Shown: positions 11,601 to 24,539 of the stretch, piece after piece | How the letters are laid out: every line of letters starts with the position of its first letter | How positions within the stretch are numbered: the first letter of the stretch is position 1 | From: Takakia lepidozioides | Taxonomy: Eukaryota > Plantae > Bryophyta | Direction: 5' to 3' | DNA length: 64,000 bases | Assembly (NCBI GenBank): GCA_030704615.1 | Contig: CM060732.1 | Span: 79,422,001 to 79,486,000 of the forward strand | Notes under the pieces: model-generated | What the model was told of the DNA's origin: nothing | Seen by the model: the letters and a program-made list of their open reading frames with translations, nothing else | Database searches by the model: none | Translations under genes and position numbers: made by a program

Positions 11601-14082
11601 CATGACTTCAGCTTCTGAAAGAGGACCAAGAGAGGGAGTCCACAATTCCTCTTCTGGGACTTCTGGGCATGTGAAGATGCTTTGTGAGGCAGGCAGACTG
11701 ACAGAGGCTCTACAGACTTTAAACCAAGGAGGAGGCATTTCAGCAGATTCAGATACGTATGTCTGTCTCTTGCATAGGTGCATCAAGATGAAAGGCCTGG
11801 AAGCTGGAAAGCAGGTCCATGCTCACATTATCCAAAGTGGATTCAAGCCAAACGTTTTTCTACACAACACCCTTGTGAACATGTATATTAAGTGCGGGAG
11901 CATCCTGGATGCTCACCAACTGTTCAAGAGAATGCCTCAACGATCTTTGTTCTCGTGGAATATAATGTTGGCAGGATTTACCAAACATGGGCGTGGTACG
12001 AATGCTTTGGAGACCTATGAGCAAATGACGCAGGAAGGGGTGAAGCCGGACCACATCACGTTCGTCTCCGTTTGCAATGCATGTGCGAGCCTGGCATCCC
12101 AGGAAAAGGGCAAAGAGGTGCATGGTGACATCGTCAAAGCTGGAATTGTACCAGATGTCATTCTCAACACTACCCTTGTGGACATGTATGCCAAATGTGG
12201 GTGCATGAAGGATGCGAAGGGAGTGTTCGATGATATGGCTGAAAGAAATGTGGTGTCATGGAACGCAATGATCGCAGGATATGCACAGCAGGGTTGCGGG
12301 ATGGAGGCTTTGGAGACCTATGAGCAAATGATGCGGGAAGGGGTGAAGCCCAACCGGATCACATTTGTTTGCGTTTGCAATGCGTGTGCAAGCCTGGCAG
12401 CCCTGGAAAAGGGCAAAGAGGTCCATGGTGACATGGTCAAAGCTGGAATTGCACCAGATGTCATTCTGAACACTGCCTTACTGGATATGTATGCCAAATG
12501 TGGGAGTATTGAAGATGCCAAGGGAGTGTTCGTCACTATGGCTGAACGTGATGTGGTGTCGTGGAACGCGATGATTGCAGGATATGCACAGCAGGGTTGC
12601 GGAATGGAGGCTTTGGCAACCTATGAGCAAATGATGCGGGAAGGGGTGAAGCCCAACCACATCACGTTTATTTGCGTGTGCAATGCGTGTGCGAGCCTGA
12701 CAACCCCGGAAAGGAGCAAAGCGGTCTATGGTGACATGGTCAAAGCTGGAATTGTACCGGATGTCATTCTGAACACTGCCCTGGTGGACATGCATGCCAA
12801 ATGTGGGTGCATTGAAGATGCAAAGGCACTGTTCGACAAGATGCCTAGACGAAATGTGGTGTCGTGGAGCGCGATGATTGCAGGATATGCACAGCAGGGG
12901 CGCGGGATGGAGGCTTTGGAGACCTATGAGCAAATGATGCGGGAAGGGGTGAAGCCTGACCGCATCATGTTTGTGTGTGTTTGCAATGCGTGTGCGAGCT
13001 TGGCAGCTCTCGAAAAGGCCAAAGAGCTCCATGGTGACATCATCAAAGCTGGAATTGTACCGGATGTCATCCTCAACAGTACCCTGGTGGACATGTATGC
13101 CAAATGTGGGAGCATTGGAGATGCAAAGGTAGTGTTCAACACTATGGCTGAACGTGATGTGGTGTCATGGAACGCGATGATCGCAGGATATGCCCAGCAT
13201 GGTTGTCATAGGGAGGCCCTGCAACTATTTGAAGGAATGCAAAGGGAAGGCTTGAAGCCGGACGGTATCACCTTTATATGTGTTCTGTCTGCATGCAGCC
13301 ACGTTGGCCTACTGGATGAAGGACTACGCTATTTTGATTCCCTGAGTCAAGATCATGGTGTCACTCCGACAGTAAAGCACTTTGGCTGCATGGTGGACCT
13401 TCTTGGACGTGCAGGACGATTGGATGAGGCGGAGGACCTCATTAGTAAAATGCCAATCAAACCAGATGCTGTGGTGTGGAAGGCCTTGCTGGGTGCCTGC
13501 AGAATCCATGGTGATGTGGAGATGGCTGAACGTGCAGCAACAGTTATTCTCAAGTTGGATGAACAGGATGCGGCAACTTATGTGTTGCTATCAAACATCT
13601 ATGCGGCAGCTCGCAGGTGGGACGATAGTGCAAAGGTGAGAAGAATGATGAAGGTCAGAGGCGCTAGAAAGGAGCCAGGTCGCTGCTGCATTGAGGTTTG
13701 TAACAGGGTGCACACCTTTGTTGTAGATGACAAATTGCATCCCAAAATTAAGGAAATCCATGCTGAGCTGAGAAGATTGTCTGGGCAGATGAAGGAGGTG
13801 GGGTATGTGCCTGACACGCGCTTTGTACTGCATGATGTGGGGGAGGAGCAAAAGGAATTTTCTCTTTGCCACCACAGTGAGAAGCTGGCCATTGGTTTTG
13901 GGCTGATCAGCACGGCTCCTAGGACGCCTCTCCGTCTCATCAAGAATCTCCGGGTGTGTGGCGACTGCCACACCTCCACCAAGTTGATCTCAAAGATTGT
14001 GGGCCGAGCAATTGTTGTACGGGACGCAAATCGCTTTCACCACTTTGAAGATGGGGTTTGTTCTTGTGGGGATTACTGGTGA
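11446..14082 (+). CDS. PLS-class pentatricopeptide repeat protein with E/E+ and DYW cytidine-deaminase domain (organellar C-to-U editing factor); true start could be 11602
   Basis: 878-aa intronless ORF; near-identical 101-aa P-L-S triplets (VSWNAMIAGYAQQG...LVDMYAKCG), PG box KEPGRCCIEV, HSEKLA, CGDCH, C-terminal DYW. Confidence 0.95.
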   Translation: MWVQIHPRGPDFKHKITYDSLWINSYKKPAWVHGQLEAAPAAVQLIKSGTSTMTSASERGPREGVHNSSSGTSGHVKMLCEAGRLTEALQTLNQGGGISADSDTYVCLLHRCIKMKGLEAGKQVHAHIIQSGFKPNVFLHNTLVNMYIKCGSILDAHQLFKRMPQRSLFSWNIMLAGFTKHGRGTNALETYEQMTQEGVKPDHITFVSVCNACASLASQEKGKEVHGDIVKAGIVPDVILNTTLVDMYAKCGCMKDAKGVFDDMAERNVVSWNAMIAGYAQQGCGMEALETYEQMMREGVKPNRITFVCVCNACASLAALEKGKEVHGDMVKAGIAPDVILNTALLDMYAKCGSIEDAKGVFVTMAERDVVSWNAMIAGYAQQGCGMEALATYEQMMREGVKPNHITFICVCNACASLTTPERSKAVYGDMVKAGIVPDVILNTALVDMHAKCGCIEDAKALFDKMPRRNVVSWSAMIAGYAQQGRGMEALETYEQMMREGVKPDRIMFVCVCNACASLAALEKAKELHGDIIKAGIVPDVILNSTLVDMYAKCGSIGDAKVVFNTMAERDVVSWNAMIAGYAQHGCHREALQLFEGMQREGLKPDGITFICVLSACSHVGLLDEGLRYFDSLSQDHGVTPTVKHFGCMVDLLGRAGRLDEAEDLISKMPIKPDAVVWKALLGACRIHGDVEMAERAATVILKLDEQDAATYVLLSNIYAAARRWDDSAKVRRMMKVRGARKEPGRCCIEVCNRVHTFVVDDKLHPKIKEIHAELRRLSGQMKEVGYVPDTRFVLHDVGEEQKEFSLCHHSEKLAIGFGLISTAPRTPLRLIKNLRVCGDCHTSTKLISKIVGRAIVVRDANRFHHFEDGVCSCGDYW

Positions 14083-15810
14083 AAAGTTTTTTTCTCTGGA
14101 AAGGTGCGAATGTCTTGCTTCATTTGTTGATCTGTGTAGCTACTCAGTTCATCCACCGTTTCCTGACAATATTGACCATGATGCACTGTCGAGGGCGTTT
14201 CCTGTGGCATATCCACAGGAAATGATAATGGGTCTACCCAGCATAGGTGGGAAGTCAGCCCATAATTGCACTTGACCGAAGGAGGGATTTTGACTGACTG
14301 GTGATAGCGGAAGGAAATCAGAGTGCTGTCCCCATTCTGATGCGGGTGGTGGAGCTTCTCCAGAGGTTGAAGGTGGAGGTGCGTATGATTTAAAATGAGC
14401 TTGGTTAGAGGGGCAGCCGTGTGCACAAGTTTGTTCAGCATCTTAATTTGCATGCTTGTATGTTTCTCGTGGTGCTGCTGCTTCAGATAGAACGTACTCA
14501 CAAGACGTTGTTTGCCGTAGCCGTTTGCTGCTTCAGATAGAGCCCTTGACTAACTTGCATTTCGTCGAAAGCTAGCCTTAGACCACCATGACAGAGTCCC
14601 ATGGTTTCCGCTTGAAAGTTTACATAGTGGTTGTAATGGTATGTGGGTATTCTCTTACGATGCAGCATGACTTCCTCAGACAATGTCAAGTTTGTGCATG
14701 TAATTCAAGGTTGGGGGACAAAATCCACCTACTCCACCCACTTGAGAACACAACTGCTATAGTTTGAGACCAGATTTGGGAGCATGTATGAAAACAATTG
14801 TGCATAGTTTCATCCAATAATCGGCGACACTGCTACTGTACAGGGAAGCAGATGCTCATTGCTGGCGTGACTCCCAGAGTTCTATAACTACTTATGCTGC
14901 CGATCTCGAAGAAGCTGAAAGCTCTCCTAAAATCCACATTAAGAGAATTGAATGCCTTTTTCTCTTGCTTCCAGTAACCATCCTATATCTCAAATTTGGA
15001 CCCAAAAACTTATAGGGATCTGTTGGTCCATCCTGTTGGTTCAGCTCATATTGATAAAATGACACCAAACCAGTGATAACGAGAGACACATAACTTTTTG
15101 ACTGCTCCTCCTTGGCTGTGAGGACTGTAGCGACAAAAGAAGGGACTCTCCTATTACGTGCTATTCGTTGATCAGAGTAGCTGGAGATCTCAACTACCGT
15201 CCATGCTGCAGCGGAAGCTAAAACTCGGACAGCAGTAATATAGATCCCAAGACCTAGTTGAGGACCTAGTTGAGGTAAATTTTGTTGGCAGTGTACGGCT
15301 GCATCGATCTGTCTGTGAACCAAGCATCAACCCGCACAACCTTTCCTAACCTGTTTTTTTTTTTTTTTTTTTTTTTTTAATTTTAATTTTAATTTTTAAA
15401 GGAAACCTGGGAGCTACTGCTCACAATTTAGGCCTTTGAGGAGGGGGAAAAATTAACCCCCCTTCAGATAAGCCATTAGGCACACAGGAGGGAAATACCC
15501 CCACCTGACGGGGGTTGGTAGAATGTGAGCACAAACCACGGTCATGGGGGTTTTATGTTTTTTAAACCGCGATCAAAGGAGCGATATGTTTTCAAAACGC
15601 AATAAAATTCTAAAACCCTAATGCGAAATAAGCACCCATAATGTATATCTACAAGCGCCAAGTTCCATATATCTACAGCTTTGGTATTCTACAAAAAAAA
15701 TTACACGTTAGAGAAAACAAAGTCACAATAACCAACACCATCCAAACCACACAAATACCAAACAATAGTTGAACAATTTAATATAATGAGGCAAACAACG
15801 GGTTTCGTTA

Positions 15811-15950
15811 ACGAAATAAATCAAGGTATCGAGTTTCGCCAACGAAATAATGGGTTCCGCCAGAGAAATAGTGGGTTTCTCCAATGAAATAGTGGGTTTT
15901 GCCAATGAAATAGTGCATTTCACTAGCGAAATAGTGGATTTCGTTGGCAA
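15811..15950. repeat. 21-bp tandem repeat, ~6 copies (aatgaaatagtgggtttcgcc-like)
   Basis: Periodic gaaata(g/a)tgg units at 15844, 15865, 15886, 15907, 15928. Confidence 0.75.
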
Positions 15951-16294
15951 AATTTCCAAGTATCGTTGCATAGGACGGTCATTATCCTATAGTTTCGTGG
16001 ACGAAACAAAATGTATTGTGTTTGGTTTAACCTAACGTAACATAACCTAAACCTAACGAATTAGGGTGATAGAGTGACTAACCCATCTGCGTGTGGCTTG
16101 TGCTCACGTGAGCACAAGTTTGCTCACGTGCCCACAATTTGGTCCCTATGAGCACAAATTTCCAATTTTAGTTTCGCCGCAACATCTTTTCGAGAATATT
16201 CACATATTTTCGGCCATTTTTTTTTCTGCTCACGCGAGCACACGCACAGCCTCTACCAGACCACCCGGTCACGAACAATCCAGACACCGCACAG

Positions 16295-16362
16295 GGCAGC
16301 GGGTTCGAACCCTGAACCACCAGGGCAACACATTGTGCACTTACCAATTGAGGTACCAACGG
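16295..16362 (-). other. tRNA-derived (SINE-like) head with A- and B-box-like motifs
   Basis: Minus strand tggtacctcaattggtaag...ggttcgaaccc; no complete cloverleaf seen. Confidence 0.3.
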
Positions 16363-17574
16363 ATGTGCAACCTGTTTTAGTGACAAGTTGATTTTTCCTA
16401 CTCCTGCCTCTCATATAAAAATGAGGTATCATATCCTAGCTAATTACTGTAAAATTTTCAAGCCAAACAACCCTTTTTATTATTAGGGTCCTTTATATGT
16501 GTTTGTGGTTGTTTCACACTACTAGCAACGACTTCTGAGAACAACGTCTAGATAGATGGGCTATATTCAAGTTTTATGAACAAATGAACATTTATTGGTT
16601 GTCTTGTAGAGAGACTACGCATCATGCTAAAATCAACGGAGAAAATGTGGACAAAGGACCTTACACTGTGTCAAGCCTATGATTGTTGTGGTATGTTGAA
16701 TCATGCTCCCTAGTTTTCCCTTCCTCTTACGTTTTGCCAAAGCAAGAGAGCCCATTGCAATTTGAGGCTTCTTTCATTTGATATTAATTTGACCGGTGTA
16801 ATGACTTTGGCTCGTTTGATACAACAAGTAGATTATATGATATCTTTTCATCTTTATTTTCACTTGGTTTAGGTTTCAAATCGTTTGGATTTTGATTTAA
16901 TGTCACGGTTTCATGAAAAAACTTGGTTGTTTTTTATTTAATGCATATTTGTTCCGCGTTCATCATAATGCTAAATGTGAATTAATAGTCATCCATTGTG
17001 GTAGAAGCTATCTAGGCTTGACTCTCACCTCCATGTCATCTATGTGCAAGGGTTTCTAAGTCTGACATTTAACGTGCCCATGTCTTCTAGTGCTCAGGGT
17101 GTGGTGAAATCCTTCATCGCTTCCCTCCAAGAGCCAATTTAAACAAGGTGGTCAAGATCATGCCCAAAAACAAAACGTAGGGCTTGGCAAAGATGGATTT
17201 TTCTCAAGCTAAGTTTGGTGGTTTATAGCATTAATTGGGGCTGATATGTCCCAATTATCTTTGCATTATGGCTATTAGTTCTGGCAAAATAAGTGACATA
17301 ATAACATTGTCCAGGCGGCCGGAAATCCAGCTAGGACTGGTCAAACAGGCTGATCCTAACTGTTTTAACTGCTTTGTAGTGTAGCGAGTAATTGGCCGTT
17401 TATGGAAGTTCAAAACTAATGGGAACTTGGTGGTGATCAATGCAAAACCTTCTGGATAATACCATACCTTCTTGGAGACGTTTGCTGTCAGGGATCCCTG
17501 GTAAGATAATGTGTTAAGGGAAAGGCTGATACAAGTGCATTGCCAGAACTATGTTGATTGGCAGTAGCATTTAA

Positions 17575-17795
17575 CATACCCAAAAGTGCCGATCACATGC
17601 ATTGATACATAATGGCTCTGGCCTTCAGGTGCCAACGTAGCAAGTCCAAAATCTGCTACCTTGGCATTGAAGTTATACTTCAGCAAAATATTAGATGACT
17701 TAAAATCTTTGTGGATCACACAAGGCTGAAAGTAAGCCAGCCCCCTTGCTGCCCCTAGAGCAATCCTTATTCATGTGGGCCGGTCCAGTGGACCA
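17575..17795 (-). pseudogene. Receptor-like kinase catalytic-domain fragment (ALE2/PERK-like), degenerate
   Basis: Minus strand reads [72 protein letters not shown]; contains a stop and a deletion. Confidence 0.85.
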
Positions 17796-19419
17796 CATGT
17801 TGCAACAAGAATAGTGTCATAAAGGCTGATTGTAGTGTGGTCCACAACACATCATGTTGAACTCACAGAGAGACATTTATTTAAGTTCATCCATTTAGTA
17901 GGCCACCATGTGGGCAGGGAGAGAGAGAATGTGCTCATGTAGTCTCTGTTCCGCCCAAACTGGCTATGGGGTCTATGGCCACAATGCTACAGCAAACGTC
18001 TTATGCGTGGAACACAGTGAGAGAAAGAAAGAAAACGAAGACACCAACCATTCTACTCCAAAACAGTGATGCCTGGTGCATAATGTAGGTGATGTCAAGT
18101 ACAGAATCACAGGTGCAACCAGCCTATATCTGATGTGGCATGCAGAGAAGGGAGCCTGATACACTTTGTTACAAAATATAAATTGGATTCAGGGCTTCAT
18201 CTTATATGGCATTTGCCAAGCATTTATCATGCCCACAAACTTTGTGCATTTTCTGCAATGTGAAGACATCTACAGATATAAGCAAGTTGTTGGTTGAGGG
18301 TCAAGATCACATCTAGTCAATGGGCCTCAGAAATCTAAGAAATCTAAGAAATCCTCATAAATCTGGCGACTAAGGTGTACCTATGAGGAACTGCTATGCC
18401 GCTGCAAAGATGCAATTTTGTGACTGACAGAGTGAAGAAGGATTGCACCAATGACAGGTAACAGGCTGCCCCTACTCTGGAAATGGATTGAACTTTGGCT
18501 ATCAACCTGTGCGTGGTGAATGCACAAGTCTACTTTAACATCTCCAAACGGGTGTAAGCGCTTGCGAGCTGGTATGTGCATACACATACTTGGACTTCAA
18601 GTCTAGTGAATAAATCTGATCCAAGCAGTGCATACATTCTATTGAAACCTCCAGTCCTGCCACCTTGCATCAAATTTACTCTCGGTAGTGAAGTGCTATC
18701 GCATATTTACCTTGTATGCTATTATAATGCAGAGATCTGATTAGAAGTGCTACTCAAGAGGGCACATTCACGCTCCAATGTGCACGTGCCCTCCTGTCCT
18801 GGACCCACAATGATGCACCACCCATGGAAAAATCCACTTGCCGTCACCACAAATATCCTGGCTCTGAAAAAAGAACCACCCATTTCATCTTTTCATCTCA
18901 CAACTTCCCACATGCAAGCCACTTGATGTAAGCTGGAGGAAAGATTTCAGAAGGTTTAACTCATTGTGAAGCAGAATAGTTTCCAAAATGAGCTTGATGC
19001 ATATAGTATTGCCTGTGCATTGGCTTACAGGTCTGATGCCTCTCTACCCCATGAACCATCAAATCACTTGCACTCTGTAGCTAGGCTACTCGTTCACCAC
19101 AGATTTGAGCTTACACACAGTGGGAGAACACAAACCTATTGCTTCTTGAAACGGATGGTGCCCCATCACACCCAACATCGTCCCCATGCCCTGCAATAGC
19201 ACAATGACTGCCGCAAAGAAGGGAGATAAATGACAATCCAAACTGTCACATTGGCTAAAAATTGTATGCGAAAAACAATGTAGATGAGTCTCTCTTATGA
19301 TGCATGCAATTTCAAGAAGATGCCATTTGCAGTTGGCATGCAAGTGCCTATGAGAGGATTTAGGGTAGGAGTTGTACCTGCATACTCCTGGAGGAAATTC
19401 ATTGTGGATGGTGACAAAG

Positions 19420-20075
19420 CAACATTCAGATTCCACCATGCACGGCCAAAAAGGTCCACCATGCAGCCATAATGTTCCACAGTAGCATTGAGCCCATGAT
19501 CTCAACTCATGGAATCAAAATAATGTTGACCTTCATCCAGTAGGCCCGCGTGATTACATGCCAATAGAAGACATACAAAGGTGATACCATTCACCCTTCC
19601 TGTTGCATGTGTTCAAATACATGGAGAGCCTCCCTACCATATTTGACATGCATCCTTCATGCTTCCACATTTGGCAAGGGCAGTCTCCACGACACCACAT
19701 CTCGTTCAGCCAGAGTGTTAAAAACTCCCTTTGCATCCTTAATGCACCCACATTTGGCAAACATGTCCACCAGGGCAGTGTTCAAGATGACATCTGGTAC
19801 AATTCCAGAGTAGGAAAACATTTGGCGTGAATCCACTTTGGATAATGTGAGTGTGCACCTGCTTTCCAGCTTCCAGACCTGCCATCTTGATGCACCTAAG
19901 CAAGAGACAGACATACATATCTGCATCTGTTGAAATGCCTCCTTGGTTTAGAGTCTGTAGAGCCTCTGTCAGTCTGTCTGCCGCACAAAGTATCTTCACA
20001 TGCCCAGAAGTGCCAGAAGAGGCATTGTGGACTCCATCTCTTGATCCTCTTTCAGAAGCTATGGTCATGGTTGAG
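19420..20075 (-). pseudogene. Internally deleted third copy of the PLS-PPR gene
   Basis: MTIASERGSRDGVHNASSGTSGHVKILC...GFTPNVFL joined out of frame to GIVPDVILNTALVDMFAKCG and HYGCMVDLFGRA. Confidence 0.85.
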
Positions 20076-20079
20076 GTAC

Positions 20080-22120
20080 TTCCATGTTGTCACATTGGCA
20101 GTATCATGTCAAAGTCACTCCAAACTATCAAAGGTTCACTCAACCAGCTAACTTGCAGAATTCAACATGGAAATTTAGGGCCCATTCTGATAAGAGGGAA
20201 AACAATCTCAGCCTTGCTGCTAGCAGCTGAAGCAGCTGAGACTGATGGCGTGAAGTTCTTCTAGCAAACACCCCAACCCTACCTACAGTAACATATCAAA
20301 ATCACTACAAAACAGCATAGATCAACCGACAAGCTTCTCCTTATCTATGTTATCTGTTTTGGATACTTTCCTGCTGCCACATCGGCAGTAACTTGTCAAA
20401 GTCACTCCTAACCACCACAGATCCACCCAACGAGCTAACTTACAGAATTCAATATGCATCTCAGGGCCGAGTCTGATGAGAGGGTAAAACAAGGACCTCT
20501 TGTGTGTGCAACTTGTGTCTGCAGCATTCAGAATGACATTTGGTAATCTGACAGGAATTTACCTTTTTGCCTCGGTTGTCCCACCATTGACTGGGGTCAG
20601 AAAAGTATTCATACCACAACTTCTCCTCATCTCTGTTACCTGTTTAATTTGGATACTTTCCAATTGTCACATAGGCTGTATCATATCAAAGTCACTCCAA
20701 ACTACCAAAGGTTCACTCAACCAGCTAACATGCAGAATTCAACATGGAAATTTAGGGCAGATTCTGATAAAAGGAGAAAACAGGGTGAAATGTGTAAAGA
20801 AGGTGCCTTCTCCTCATCCATGTTATCTGTTTTTGGTTACTTTCCTGCTGCCACATTGGCAGTAACTTATTAAAGTCACTCCTAACCACCACAGATCCAC
20901 CCAACGAACTAACTTACAGAATTCAATATGCATCTCAGGGCCGAGTCTGCAACATTCAGAATGACATCCAGTAATCTAACATGCATTCACCTTTTTGCCT
21001 TGGCCATTGGCTGGGGTCAGAAAAATATTCATCCCACAGCTTCTCCTCATCTCTGTTTACATGTTTTTGGATACTTTCCAGTGTCACATTGGCAGTATCA
21101 TGTCAAAGTCACTCCAAACTACCATTAAAGGTTCACTCACAGCTAACTTGTAGAATTCAACATGGAAACTTAGGGCCCATTCTGATAAGAGGGGAAAACA
21201 GGGTGAAATGTGTTGAAGAAGGTGCCTTCTCCTCATCTATGTTATCTGTTATTGGATACTTTCCTACTGCCACATCGGCAGTAACTTGTCAAAGTCACTC
21301 CTAACCACCACAGATCCACCCAACGAGCTAACTTATAGAGTTCAATATGCATCTTAGGGCCGAATCTGATGAGAGGGTAAAACAGACAGAAATAGGTTGA
21401 AGAAGAAGGTGCCCTCACCACATTGTCTTTGACATTCTGTCATGACCCATGGAGGGTTTGACCGAACATCAACCCTAAAGGACCTTGTGTGTGTGCAGCT
21501 TGTGCCTGAAGCCTTCAGAATGACATCAGGTAATCTGTAGGCATTCACCTTTTTGCCTCGTTTTTCCTACCATTGGCTGGGGTCAGAAAAGTATTCATCC
21601 CACAGCTTCTCCTCATCTCTGTTTACCTGTTTTTGGATACTTTCTTGTGTCACATTGGCAGTATCATGTCAAAGTCATTCCAAACTACCAAAGGTTCACT
21701 CAATCAGCTAACTTGCAGAATTCAACATGGAAATGTAGGGCAGATTCTGATAAGAGGGGAAAACAAGGTGAAATCCATGTTATCTGTTTTTGGATACTTT
21801 CCTGCTGCCACATCAGCAATAACTTGTCAAAGTCACAAGTCACTCCTAACCACCATAGATCCACCCAACGAGCTAACTTATAGAGTTCAATATGCATCTC
21901 AAGGCCGAGTCTGATGAGAGGGTAAAACAGACAGAAATAGGTTGAAAAAGAAGGTGAACTCACCACATTATCCTTGACCTCGTGTCATGACCCATGGATG
22001 GAGGATTTCACCGAACCTCAACCCTAAAGAACCTCTTGTGTGTGCAGCTTGTGTCTGCAGCCTTCAGAATGACATCTGGTAATCTGCAAGCATTCACCTT
22101 TTTGCCTCATTTGTCCCACC
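20080..22120 (-). repeat. Degenerate tandem array (~4 units of ~420-580 bp) of the PPR-upstream module
   Basis: tgtcacat(t/a)ggc.gtatcat.tcaaagtca.tccaaacta recurs at ~20087, 20665, 21083, 21648. Confidence 0.8.
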
Positions 22121-24539
22121 AAGCAGCTGGTTCGATTGACATTTTGTTCATGAAGTCCTTTGCCACCTCCACTCAACCTGCGCGGCCATGATTTTGACTC
22201 ACGGATTGATCTGTGAGAACCACCACGGTGCATCTGAGCAGGTAGAGATTGGACACGGCCTGCTAAGACCAAGCTGACTCTCCCAAGAACCTTGCAAACA
22301 TCAGGAAGAACGAAATTTGACGACGAAACGTGGCGACGATGACATGGCAACGATGATGTGGCGATGAAAACGTGGCACTATGGCACCCTATTCCTACTCT
22401 ACGCTAAACTAGCTTCCGCCCTTCGGTCGTCGCTAGAATTAAATTTGGAATATTCTTTTTAGGCACTTTCAAAAAAGATTTATGTACATTAGACACTTTT
22501 CATCCATAATTTTTTATGCTAGGCACCTTTCATCACTTGAAACTTCTCCTTCCATCCCCAAAGGTCTCACATACCCTCTCTCTTCTTCCCCAAGATAAAC
22601 CTTACAAAAATCCTTTTCTAATGGAGATGGCGTCCGAGCCTTTGTTTACAGCCACAGCTCCTCAAGTGGAAGTGGAAAGGACTCTTAGTTCCTCGGAGGT
22701 ACCAGATTTCTATCTTGATGTTGAGGTGGTGGAGAGCATGAGTCGTTGCCTTGGAAATTTGCACACTGAAGACTCATATGTACCTGACTTGAATGGGGAT
22801 GAAGACTTTAGTGATGAGCATATGTAGGATGTTCGAGACTCATTGGAAGGTCGTTGGAGGTTATATGGACCTAGGGAGTTGGCCTATATTTTTTGAACAT
22901 TTATGGAGGCATTTGTTTTTTTTTTTCAATAAAAATTATATAGAGTAGGATTTTTTTAAGACAATTTTACTGAATTAGGCACTTTCATATTATTTTTCCA
23001 ACCTTTTAGGCATAAATCTTGAAAAATCACAGATTTGCTTAGGCACTTTTTTTTAATTTAATTTGTGCCTAATCTACTATGAACGTACGGTAGTCTAAGT
23101 TAAATTGTACCTTTAAAAAAACATGTACGTTTAAAAAAAAATTGTACTTGGAACCATTAAAAAATGTTAACTTCTGCAAAAATACATAGGAAAATCTACT
23201 TCCTTGAAACCCGAAACACTGGTCTCATGGGCCTTAGTAGTTGACCAATTGCATACACGGGCCTCCACATAGGAGACATAGGAGACACACTTCGTGGGGG
23301 ATTGCACTTGGACTTGGAAGACACTCCACACTTGGGCCAACAACACATGCTACCCTAGAGGTCGTACTTGGATATATTATTCTTTCACACATGGGCCTCG
23401 ATATTTGGGCCAACAGCACATGCTACCCTAGAGGTAGTACTTGGATATATTATTCTTCACACATGGGCCTAGACATAGGAGAGGCACTTGGATACATAAG
23501 GGATTGCACTTGGACTTAGATGACACTAGACACTTGGGCCAATAGCACAGGCTACCCTAGTAAACAGATTATGGAGGGCATATGCCTCAGAAAATTCGAC
23601 TCGACACTTGAATTTAGTGGTCAAACCCTTTTTCCACGCAACCTTAAAATACATTTACAAATTGGGGGAGATTATTTTCTTATAATCTCAAAAAATGCAA
23701 TGGTCAAATTGGGAAGACAATAGGAATAATGTAAGAACTTAATGGACGCGTGTGATCTGACGGTACTGACGCCCACCAAAATGGTGCTCTCCCTCTAAGG
23801 TTATCTTCTAGGGTTGGAATAGTGTTTTGGATGAAAGGCCAGTGATGAACCGAGATTCCCAAGAGTTCACACATACTACTTTCCCCCAAATTTCCATGCC
23901 CTACTAACGAAAGGAGAATCCCACCCTTGGCAGTAGAGCTGAGCATTGCACCACGGCTTGATAGAAGGCAAAGTGGGTCCGTGATGACAACGCCCTCATA
24001 GCCAAAGTAGTAAAAGAGTATATCTTCTTCTCACTATTCACATATCCATTAACTTGGTGTCATGTTATCAACATCAATTGAACCGACAGGATGCAACAAG
24101 AGCTTGCCCCATAAGTTTTTGGGTCCAAATTTGAGATATTGGATGGTTACTGGAAGTAAGAGGAAAGACAGTTCCCTTTCCTTAAAGTGGATTTTAGGGG
24201 AGCTTTCAGCTTCTTTGAGTCGGCAGCTCAAGTACTTACTGCGGACACTGGGAGTCACGCCAGCGATCAGCACCTGCTTCCATGTACAGTAGCAGTATCG
24301 CCGATTGTTACAGGGAATTATGCACAATTGTTTCATACATGCTCCCAAATCTGGTCTCGAACATAGCAATTATGTTCTCAAGTGGGTGGAGTAGGTGGAC
24401 TTTGTCCCCCAACCTTGAACTACATGCACAAACTTGACATTGTAGTGTGACAGAGTCATGCCGCATCAATCAATAACATAATACCCAAATACCATTACAA
24501 TCAGCAAGACACTCGCACCTTTCCAGAAAAAACAGCTTT

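Noticed and set aside
11547-13982. Antisense ORFs over the PPR gene (and equivalents over its paralog)
   Set aside because: Shadow frames of the repetitive PPR coding sequence
13660-14082. U-to-C (DYW:KP-type) editing enzyme
   Set aside because: Has a PG box, HSE and terminal DYW typical of C-to-U DYW:PG domains
22380-23600. Possible small DNA element and ORF 22516-22827
   Set aside because: Could not define termini, TSD or a protein family
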